DNA of 64,000 nucleotides from a virus (Duplodnaviria; Caudoviricetes), in IMG/VR virus record IMGVR_UViG_3300001487_000119, positions 96,001 through 160,000 of that record. One strand, given 5' to 3'. Of this stretch, positions 56,316-64,000 are shown piece after piece. Numbering within the stretch: position 1 is the first letter of the stretch; each line of letters starts with the position of its first letter. The notes under the pieces were generated by a model. The model did no database searches. It was not told where the DNA came from and saw only the letters and a list, made by a program, of their open reading frames with translations. The position numbers and the translations under genes were made by a program.

Positions 56316-58226
56316 ATGAAAGAAAAAACTAAAAGTATAGAAGAAAAGTATCAACAGGTTTCCGAGCTTGACCACATAATTTTGAGATCTGGCATGTATA
56401 TTGGTTCAGTTCGTGAAGAATTAAAAACTATGTTTGTATATGATATAGATGATGCTAAAATGATAATGTCTGAAATGTCATATACACCAGGTTTATTAAA
56501 ACTTATTGATGAGATTATTTCCAATATTGCAGATGAATATCGTCGTAAAGACAATATGGGATTAACTAAAGCTGAGATTGAATTTACACGATCTGGACAT
56601 TTTAGAATTAAAGACAATGGTGGAATCCCAGTAGTTAAACACAAAACGGCTGGAATGTATGTTCCAGAATTTATTTTCGGAACTCTTCGTTCAGGAGCGA
56701 ATTATGATGATACTGAAGAACGTGATGGTATTGGAACAAATGGAATTGGTTCAAAGATAGTCGTGATTTTTTCTAAATATTTTTCAGTATATACTGCAGA
56801 TAAAAAGAAATCATTATTTTGTTCATGGCAAGATAATATGAAAATAAAAAATAATGATTTAAAAGTTCAACCATCATGTGATCACTTTACTGAGTTTCAA
56901 TTTGATATTGATTGGAGTAGATTTGAAGATGTTAATGAAGTAACAGATAATTTTGCAACTATTATTGAAAAACGAATTATTGATTTATGTGCTGCAAATC
57001 CAGGATTATCTGCTAAATATATTTTTAAAGATGATAATGGAATAATTAGAAAATCTGAATGGAGTTTTAAATCATTTGAAGAATATATAGAACTTTATTC
57101 AGATTATATTGATCAAGAAAATTGTATATCATTTAAAGATAAACAAAAACAAGTTTGGGTATATCCAGATGGCGGATTAAATATTGGTTTTGTTAATGGC
57201 GCTGAATGTTCTAAAGGAACTCATATCAAAGCTATTAGAGATGAAATTAATAAAGCAATTGCTACACAAATATTACAGAAAAATAAATTAGATGTTGGCC
57301 CTCGTAATGTTGATAACAAATATACAATGTTCTGTATATATCACATTGCAAATCCGGCCTTTAATTCCCAAACTAAAGAGGAACTTACTACGCCAATTGA
57401 GAGATTCTCAATGGATCCAGATTATAAATTTTCTATTCCTGATAAATTTATAAAAGAATGTTGCAAATCCGAAATAGTTAATATTGTTATTGATTGGTAT
57501 AAACAAAAAGTAGAGGTTGAAGATCAAAAAACTTTACGCAAATTAAATAAGCAAGCAAAAACAAAGATTCGTAATTCTGATAAATTTATTGATGCAAATA
57601 CGAAAGTTCGCAAAGACCGAGAATTATGGATATTTGAAGGAGATTCTGCACGAGCTGGATTTAGATCATCACGGAATCCGCAAACACAAGCTGCGTATAT
57701 GCTTAGAGGAAAAATTCTGAATGTTATTGGATTAGGCCCGACTAAAGTTATGGCAAATCAAGAACTTAGTGATTTAATAACTATTATCGGTTTACAATGG
57801 GGTGAAAAAAATAAACCGGATGATTTGAATTTTGGAAAGATTGTAATATGCACTGATGCAGATGCTGATGGACATGCGATCGCAGGTTTATTAATAAATT
57901 TCTTGAATTTGTTTCCAGAATTATTTGAAAATGGAATGGTTTGCAGAAGCATTTCACCGATTATAACAGCAGAAAAGGGAAATGATTTGAAAAAATTCTA
58001 TAATTTAAGTGATTATAAAAAAGAAGAGTCAAAACTTAAAGGATATAAAATAACATATTTGAAAGGTTTAGGTACTCAAACCAACAAATTATATAAAGAC
58101 ATGATGCAGAATCCTATATTTCACTATTTTACTAAAGATGATATAGCAGATCTGAGTTTAAGATCATGGTTTGGTAAAGGTAATGCTTCTGAAAGAAAAT
58201 CAATGTTAAAAGACGATGTCGAATAA
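56316..58226 (+). CDS. Type II DNA topoisomerase, ATPase/TOPRIM subunit (T4 gp39+60-like)
   Basis: HIILRSGMYIGS, DEIISN, DNGGIP, GTNGIG, EGDSA, LRGK, DADADG, KGLG. Confidence 0.93.
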   Translation: MKEKTKSIEEKYQQVSELDHIILRSGMYIGSVREELKTMFVYDIDDAKMIMSEMSYTPGLLKLIDEIISNIADEYRRKDNMGLTKAEIEFTRSGHFRIKDNGGIPVVKHKTAGMYVPEFIFGTLRSGANYDDTEERDGIGTNGIGSKIVVIFSKYFSVYTADKKKSLFCSWQDNMKIKNNDLKVQPSCDHFTEFQFDIDWSRFEDVNEVTDNFATIIEKRIIDLCAANPGLSAKYIFKDDNGIIRKSEWSFKSFEEYIELYSDYIDQENCISFKDKQKQVWVYPDGGLNIGFVNGAECSKGTHIKAIRDEINKAIATQILQKNKLDVGPRNVDNKYTMFCIYHIANPAFNSQTKEELTTPIERFSMDPDYKFSIPDKFIKECCKSEIVNIVIDWYKQKVEVEDQKTLRKLNKQAKTKIRNSDKFIDANTKVRKDRELWIFEGDSARAGFRSSRNPQTQAAYMLRGKILNVIGLGPTKVMANQELSDLITIIGLQWGEKNKPDDLNFGKIVICTDADADGHAIAGLLINFLNLFPELFENGMVCRSISPIITAEKGNDLKKFYNLSDYKKEESKLKGYKITYLKGLGTQTNKLYKDMMQNPIFHYFTKDDIADLSLRSWFGKGNASERKSMLKDDVE

Positions 58227-58251
58227 ATAATAAAATTTATTATTTAATATT

Positions 58252-58830
58252 ATGTTATTATATGATAAAATTATAAAAGCTATTAATAAAAGCGTATATA
58301 ATGCATTAAATGAATATAATTATGCAAATGCAGATCATGGACATGCAGGAAATGTTAATAACACATTAACTTTGGTGGATGCTATAAATAAAAAATACCC
58401 AGCTCATAAAGCTAGTAGGCTAACACCGGAATATCGAAAAACAACAGGGGAACATTGTAATTTAAAATTAAGAAGGGATGATGGTGTTTTAAGACGTGTA
58501 TGGGTATAGCAACGTAAACCGACTAATAAATCTGGAAATATACAAGTTATTTTACAAAAATATGGTGAAGATGATATATCAATGCTAGAACGTCCAGATA
58601 TAGATGAATTTTGTTTTGTTTGCATACCTAATCAAGGAGAAACTAATAATATTGATAATACAAAGGCGTGTTTTTTCGATAAAGACTATATTATAGATGC
58701 GATTAATAGTAATAAATTTAAAAATGATATTAAACTTAAACCTACTAGAGATGGTTTAACATTAACAGTTTCTGAACGATGGGCTAAACAATATGCAAAA
58801 GAAATTATTAAATACAAATACATAAAATAA
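58252..58830 (+). CDS. Hypothetical protein (one TAG) with leader-B-like N-terminus
   Basis: Track ORFs 58252 and 58582 joined at TAG 58507; LYDKIIKAINKSVYNALNEY; AATAAATA at 58222. Confidence 0.78.
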
Positions 58831-58883
58831 AAGAGAGTCGTTAAACTCTCTTTTATTTTTACATATAATATAAAAATTTAACA

Positions 58884-59843
58884 TTGAAAATAATGAAATT
58901 AATTCAACCAAGTTTTGAAATATTAGATCAAGAATCAGGATTAAAAGGAGTTTATAAAGCAATAGAATATCCTGGCAGAATTTGTTATGGATCTACTGAT
59001 AAAATGACAGAAGATTCAGCAGAACCATTTGTTCATAAATTGGAAAAAGCTAATCACGGTGCACCGATGGAACATGGTGCGGTATATTTGCATATTACTA
59101 GAAATGTAGATATGGATGAGTGGTTAAGTCCTAGTTCAGAATACCGCAAATATGATGAATTGTTAAAATTTTATTCAAATAATAGGTATTCTAAAGTTAA
59201 AGAAATTTTATGTATTAATTTAAAAGATCATTTATATATTTCAACAAATTATAGAGTTTTATTTGAAAACAATAGATTAGAAGACTTGAAATATCTATGC
59301 GAACCAACAAAATATCATCAAAAACGAATAACTGTCAAATTTATTTGTAATATTGGTGTATCACGAGAATTTAATAGGCATCGTGCAGATTCTATTAATG
59401 AAGAATCAACAAGATACTGCAATTATTCTAAAGACAAATACGGAAATGAAATAAATGTTATTACCAACAATAATAAATTTGGTAATAGAATAGAAGAATT
59501 AGAAAAGAAAAACAGAGCAGAAGATATTAAAGCATATTGTTTACAAATACTTAAGGGAGAAGATTCTGAATTTTCTGATATTGATTATTGGTTATTTGCT
59601 AATATGGCATCAGAATATTCATATATGGGGTTGACACAGAAGTGCGGGTGGCTTGCACAAGATGCAAGAGATATATTGCCAATTGATACCAAAACAATAT
59701 TGATCCATAGTGCGTTTATTGATGATTGGAAGCATTTCTTTTCATTACGGGCTATTGGAACAACAGGAGCACCACATCCACAAGCAAAAGAATTGGCGAT
59801 GCCTTTAATGGAAGAATTTAAAAAACTAAAATTAATTGATTAA
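58884..59843 (+). CDS. thyX: Flavin-dependent thymidylate synthase
   Basis: GRICY, H..PMEH, SREFNRHR..S..EESTRYCNY, AR.ILP, HFF.LR, HPQ; start may be at 58893. Confidence 0.92.
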   Translation: MKIMKLIQPSFEILDQESGLKGVYKAIEYPGRICYGSTDKMTEDSAEPFVHKLEKANHGAPMEHGAVYLHITRNVDMDEWLSPSSEYRKYDELLKFYSNNRYSKVKEILCINLKDHLYISTNYRVLFENNRLEDLKYLCEPTKYHQKRITVKFICNIGVSREFNRHRADSINEESTRYCNYSKDKYGNEINVITNNNKFGNRIEELEKKNRAEDIKAYCLQILKGEDSEFSDIDYWLFANMASEYSYMGLTQKCGWLAQDARDILPIDTKTILIHSAFIDDWKHFFSLRAIGTTGAPHPQAKELAMPLMEEFKKLKLID

Positions 59844-59849
59844 AAACAT

Positions 59850-60149
59850 ATGGAAAAAATTAATGTAAATAATTATCCACAATATAGAATTGATAACGAA
59901 TATGAAACATGGCGAACTGATAAACAATATTGGATTGAAAAATATAATGAAATTATAAATGCGTTTAAATTTAGATGTGCAGATGATAAAGCACTGGCAG
60001 ATTTAAGATATAAATTGCATAAATGGCAAGCATATGTAAATACGATATTTGATATTCATAATTGTGATGTTATTACTATGTCATTCGATCTTAATGATAA
60101 TACACTAAATATCCATATGAATGAAGAACTTCAAAAATTATTTGATTAA
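59850..60149 (+). CDS. Hypothetical protein
   Basis: Packed ORF. Confidence 0.7.
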   Translation: MEKINVNNYPQYRIDNEYETWRTDKQYWIEKYNEIINAFKFRCADDKALADLRYKLHKWQAYVNTIFDIHNCDVITMSFDLNDNTLNIHMNEELQKLFD

Positions 60150-60151
60150 TT

Positions 60152-60613
60152 ATGAAAATTTTAGATCAATATGAGTATCATAAGTTTCTTAAAATAAAGA
60201 GAAAATATTATAAAAGACATTGTGTAAAAAGAATAGATCATTTTAATGGTAAGCAATTTGTTTCTTATTGGGAAAAAGATGATTGGATTGGTTATATAGT
60301 GCCTTCTTTTTTAGCGTATTCAACTGATAAACGTATTTCAAAAGAAATTAAATTATTAATTGGAGAAGATGATTACAATGAAACATTAGAAAGGGTAAAA
60401 TTCTTATATAATACCGGTTTTTCTGAAAAAATAAAATTTCATGTAAAAAATTATCAAAATATTACAAGAGAAATTAATGGATATTTTGCTGGAGTTATAA
60501 TAACAAATCGAGATGCATATTATTTAGTAAATACTGAAAAATATTCTAAAGATATAAAAGACTATGCTTTAATTCCGATGTTTTGGCATGCTGAAAAAAT
60601 AAATGAAAATTAA
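60152..60613 (+). CDS. Hypothetical protein
   Basis: Packed ORF. Confidence 0.7.
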   Translation: MKILDQYEYHKFLKIKRKYYKRHCVKRIDHFNGKQFVSYWEKDDWIGYIVPSFLAYSTDKRISKEIKLLIGEDDYNETLERVKFLYNTGFSEKIKFHVKNYQNITREINGYFAGVIITNRDAYYLVNTEKYSKDIKDYALIPMFWHAEKINEN

Positions 60614-60944
60614 TATGAAACCAGAATTTAAAAGAAACTATAATTTTTCAACGGATTATGAAAAGTTATTTGATTTATTGACACAAGGATATGCAATAGT
60701 TTGTTATGTTACATGGGTTTTTAGTCATTATGATAATGGTGAACTAATGATGGCAACCGATGTGTGTGAAGCAAAATATTTTGACGAAGGTCCAAAATAC
60801 ACAAGATATCAAGTGAGTTGCAGAGGAACAGAATTTTTTAGTGCGGTAATATATCAAGAAAAACTATATAATAAAACTATAAAAGAGATTTTTATAGAAA
60901 ATTGTAAAGATTATGAATTAAAATTTATAGAACCAAAATTATGA
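60603..60944 (+). CDS. Hypothetical protein
   Basis: Overlapping start/stop. Confidence 0.7.
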   Translation: MKINMKPEFKRNYNFSTDYEKLFDLLTQGYAIVCYVTWVFSHYDNGELMMATDVCEAKYFDEGPKYTRYQVSCRGTEFFSAVIYQEKLYNKTIKEIFIENCKDYELKFIEPKL

Positions 60945-61339
60945 GTATAAAAATGACAACAGTGCTTTATAAAGCAGGAACCACATTATATGATGGAAAT
61001 ACAATAATAGACTCATCTTTAATGAAACAAATGGTTGATGATTTTAATGAACACTATAAAAATGATCAGTTTAATCATTATCACTATGGAACATTTAGCG
61101 GCAAATCATTTCCAGTTATTAACATTGAAGATATAACACATAAAATTAATAATGTTTATATTAAAGATGATTGCATTATGGCAGATATTAATATTTTAGA
61201 TACTCCTAAAGGGAAATTTGTTCAAAAATTATTAGAATATGATAATGTAAAGCCATCATTAGATTTAATTAAGCATGATGGAAAAATCGATATTCATTCT
61301 GTAAGTTTAAATGTAAATAACAAAAATTATGAAAAATGA
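60941..61339 (+). CDS. Small protein resembling a degenerate T4 gp21-type prohead protease
   Basis: INIEDITHKI.NVYI.DD.IMADINILDTPKGK.V..LL; catalytic GELxH and SSRG not present. Confidence 0.45.
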   Translation: MSIKMTTVLYKAGTTLYDGNTIIDSSLMKQMVDDFNEHYKNDQFNHYHYGTFSGKSFPVINIEDITHKINNVYIKDDCIMADINILDTPKGKFVQKLLEYDNVKPSLDLIKHDGKIDIHSVSLNVNNKNYEK

Positions 61340-61634
61340 AATTGAAAAATATAAAAGAATATTTAAAGATGAATTCAATAAATTTGTTTGTAATAAAACC
61401 ATAAGCGATTTTAAGTTGAATTTTGATAATGATGTAGATGAAAATGGTATGTTAACAGTAGATGTGCAAATTAGTTTAAATTCGCCTGTAAGACATTATA
61501 CAATAAATAAATCTGATTTTCCTGAAATGACACATGAAGAATTCATTAAAATGTGTAATGATATAAAAGATGAAATTATTAATAATATTCAAAATGAATT
61601 AGAAAAAGAATATGAGAAAGAAGAAACTTTATGA
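61329..61634 (+). CDS. Hypothetical protein (weak resemblance to tail-sheath C-terminal segment)
   Basis: ISDFKL.FD...DENGMLTVDVQI....PVRHYTI. Confidence 0.55.
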   Translation: MKNEIEKYKRIFKDEFNKFVCNKTISDFKLNFDNDVDENGMLTVDVQISLNSPVRHYTINKSDFPEMTHEEFIKMCNDIKDEIINNIQNELEKEYEKEETL

Positions 61635-61911
61635 TAAACAACAATATAAAGATCAAATTTGGAAAATTTATGATGATGATTCTGAAGAATTAATTTGGGA
61701 AAATTCTTGGCGAGATACATATTGGTATGAAGATAATAATCCAGATTCTGAATATAATAAAATGATGGAACTTGAACAGGAAACAGACTTTTTTCATAAA
61801 TGGGAAGAATTAGATTGGTGGTTTGAACATAGAACGATTCAAAGAGACATATATGGTGAAGAAAGATTTATTAAATATAGATCTTTATTAGATGAATTTA
61901 TAAACACATAA
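61612..61911 (+). CDS. Trp/acidic-rich hypothetical protein
   Basis: Packed ORF. Confidence 0.65.
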   Translation: MRKKKLYDKQQYKDQIWKIYDDDSEELIWENSWRDTYWYEDNNPDSEYNKMMELEQETDFFHKWEELDWWFEHRTIQRDIYGEERFIKYRSLLDEFINT

Positions 61912-61975
61912 GAGGAATACAAACAATTCCTCCTTTTTATTATAAAATATTTGATAAAATATATTTAGATATAAT

Positions 61976-63391
61976 ATGCCTATTAAAAGAAAATTAAATA
62001 ATTTAGATGCGAGTTATAAAGTAAATACAGGAAATAAAATAACTAGAACTATTACAGATTTTTTGAATACTGAATATCGAGAGTTTTCAAATTACGTTAT
62101 CGAGACTAGGGCTTTGCCCGCATTGGACGGTCTCAAGGTCGGCGCTCGCAAAGCATTATATTCTGCATTTACCGGAGGATTAAAAGATGGTTCTGAAAAG
62201 AAAATGTTGAACCTCATTGGTGATGTTTATAATAAAACTTTATTTGCTCACGGTGATGCTGGTCTTTTGTCTAGTATTCATACTCTTGGTTCTGAATATT
62301 CTGACAATTTGAATCCGCTTGAAATAGTTGGCCAACATGGAAATCTTAGAGATAATTCTAAAGCAGCCGCACGTTATCTTTATTGCAAGTTGTCTAAATA
62401 TGCAAAATTGATTTATAAAGTTGATGAAGATTTATTAGAATATGTTTTTGATGAAGGCGAATTTCTAGAGCCGACCCATTATTTGCCAATTATTCCACTT
62501 AATTTAACTTCTAGGAATGAAGGAATTGCGCCTGGTTATAAGTTTTCATCATTCTCATATAATCCTATAGATATTATAGATGCGTGTTCAGAGGTGATTA
62601 AAAATGGCCAAATAAAGACAACCATCAGACCGTATGTCAGAGGAATCAAGCAAGATAATTTCAGATATGATAAAGAATCAGGGCGTTGGTATAATGTCGG
62701 TGAATGGACAATTGATGAAAAGAATGATATTCTTAGAATAACAGATCTTCCATATGATGTGACATTTGATAAATTTGAAAAGAAACTCAATTCATATATT
62801 GAAACGGGTTATATTAAAGATTGGAAGAACTTTTCTCAGGATGACAAATTAGACTATAGGATATTATTCAATAAATCTAAATTAGCTAGAGAAGCCCAGC
62901 CTGACAAAAAGGAACAAATGTTAAAGAAGTTTATGCTTCAAACAAATATTCCCAATGATTTACTATATGTTCTAGATGAGAATAAAAAAGTTAAGCATTT
63001 CTTAACTAAAGAAGATTTGTTAATATACTTTGTTAATTTGCGTCTTCAGAAGTATAATGATAGAAAAGATAGATTAGTTAGTGTAAAAGAAAAACAATTA
63101 GAGGATAATACTAATCTTTGTAAATTTATTGAATTAGTCACTTCTGGTAAACTGAAAATCAATAACAGAAAAATTGCAGATGTGAAAAAAGAAATGGATG
63201 AATACAAACTTCCGCATACTTTATTAGCAGTTCAGATTAGCAAATTAACTCAAGAAGAAAAAGAAGAAATTCTCAAAAAGAATAAAGAGATAGAACAAGA
63301 ACTTGAATATATTAAGAATACTACAATAGAACAAATGTATCTTGATGATTTAAAGAATTTAAGAAAAGAATTATTAAAAGATTTTCAATGA
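61976..63391 (+). CDS. Type II DNA topoisomerase, breakage-reunion subunit (T4 gp52-like)
   Basis: RALPALDGLK..RK.LY, HGD, AAARY, EP..YLPIIP, GIA.GY, ITDLP. Confidence 0.93.
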   Translation: MPIKRKLNNLDASYKVNTGNKITRTITDFLNTEYREFSNYVIETRALPALDGLKVGARKALYSAFTGGLKDGSEKKMLNLIGDVYNKTLFAHGDAGLLSSIHTLGSEYSDNLNPLEIVGQHGNLRDNSKAAARYLYCKLSKYAKLIYKVDEDLLEYVFDEGEFLEPTHYLPIIPLNLTSRNEGIAPGYKFSSFSYNPIDIIDACSEVIKNGQIKTTIRPYVRGIKQDNFRYDKESGRWYNVGEWTIDEKNDILRITDLPYDVTFDKFEKKLNSYIETGYIKDWKNFSQDDKLDYRILFNKSKLAREAQPDKKEQMLKKFMLQTNIPNDLLYVLDENKKVKHFLTKEDLLIYFVNLRLQKYNDRKDRLVSVKEKQLEDNTNLCKFIELVTSGKLKINNRKIADVKKEMDEYKLPHTLLAVQISKLTQEEKEEILKKNKEIEQELEYIKNTTIEQMYLDDLKNLRKELLKDFQ

Positions 63392-63522
63392 AAAAGAAGA
63401 AATTATCAAAAGGCGAAAAATGGAAAATCTGTGAAACCTGCGGTGATTATGAATATTGTGCAGGAAATTATGGAACAGATAAATGCACTGGATATATTCC
63501 TGGAAATAATATATGGGATTAA
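63388..63522 (+). CDS. Small Cys-rich protein (44 aa)
   Basis: ATGA overlap with topoisomerase stop; CETC..C..C. Confidence 0.5.
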   Translation: MKKKKLSKGEKWKICETCGDYEYCAGNYGTDKCTGYIPGNNIWD

Positions 63523-63542
63523 CAAAAATAATTTTTGTAATT

Positions 63543-64000
63543 ATGACAAAACAAATATTTGAAGAATTATCAATATCAGACGAAATAAAATCAGAAGCTG
63601 AAAATTTAGCAAAAGTTATATTAATGGATTCTAAAATAAAAGCAGAAATTATTAAAAAGAATGGATTTGATAATGTATTAAAAAATGAATTTATTATTAA
63701 ATTATTTGGTGTTAATTATAATATAATTTATTACATATATAGCATTAATAATATTTCAGAGTTTGATATTAAATTATTTAAAAATCTTATATCAATAATA
63801 AAAAATAATGAAAATGAAATAATATTAAATCTTTTATTTGTTTCTAATAATCCAGATAATGAATATTTTTATAGTTCAATTTATCATGAATTAACTCATG
63901 TATATCAATATATTAAATCTAAAAATAATGTTTTAAAAAATGCAAAAACAAAAAATTTGTATAACTTTATTAAAGATATTAAAAATAATAGTCAATCCGA
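63543..64000 (+). CDS. HExxH metallopeptidase-like protein, 3'-truncated by window edge
   Basis: Open to window end; SIYHELTHVYQY at ~63876-63911. Confidence 0.6.
   Translation, partial: MTKQIFEELSISDEIKSEAENLAKVILMDSKIKAEIIKKNGFDNVLKNEFIIKLFGVNYNIIYYIYSINNISEFDIKLFKNLISIIKNNENEIILNLLFVSNNPDNEYFYSSIYHELTHVYQYIKSKNNVLKNAKTKNLYNFIKDIKNNSQS

Noticed and set aside
27-62790. Short overlapping or antisense ORFs in the track (e.g. 27..209, 810..1034, 868..1086, 17983..18333, 44527..44916, 49982..50323, 56351..56644)
   Set aside because: Shadow frames of longer, motif-bearing genes with atypical composition
4144-63391. Inteins or introns in RecA, helicase, ligase, ThyX, topoisomerase
   Set aside because: Lengths and motif spacing look normal; no splice motifs or homing endonuclease seen
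1-64000. Complete DGR (RT, Avd, template repeat)
   Set aside because: No RT motifs and no AAC-rich non-coding template repeat were seen in this window; only target-like genes

Overview
This is a 64-kb, very AT-rich segment of a T4-like jumbo/megaphage, most likely Lak-type and infecting a Bacteroidetes host (Prevotella-like). It uses genetic code 15 (TAG read as Gln), so many 'fragments' in the supplied code-11 ORF track join into single long genes. The replication and nucleotide genes contain no internal TAG: RecA/UvsX, UvsW-like helicase, PD-(D/E)XK nuclease, NAD-dependent ligase, two topoisomerase II subunits, ThyX and a 5-hmdU-kinase-helical-domain protein. Putative late and virion genes are TAG-rich: a 1658-aa protein, two M15-peptidase fusions, a RuvC-like resolvase and a gp2-like DNA end protector. 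The most striking element is a dispersed family of at least 12 paralogs sharing a ~38-aa N-terminal leader (MKNYNKILEAVNRGIKFALDDF..QGQ.NSKV). The leader is fused to interchangeable C-terminal modules: DGR-target-like lectin-fold domains, DUF285/BspA repeats or an unknown domain. A second leader type (MKKDNKKALYE.IMTS.AKEVKK.LNE) also occurs. Other notable items are three candidate promoter classes, a cluster of T9SS-cargo-like surface proteins, and an early HD-hydrolase/Tad2-like/receiver/NadE cassette that may counter host defences. No tRNA, CRISPR array or reverse transcriptase was seen. All family assignments come from motif recognition by eye, not database searches.
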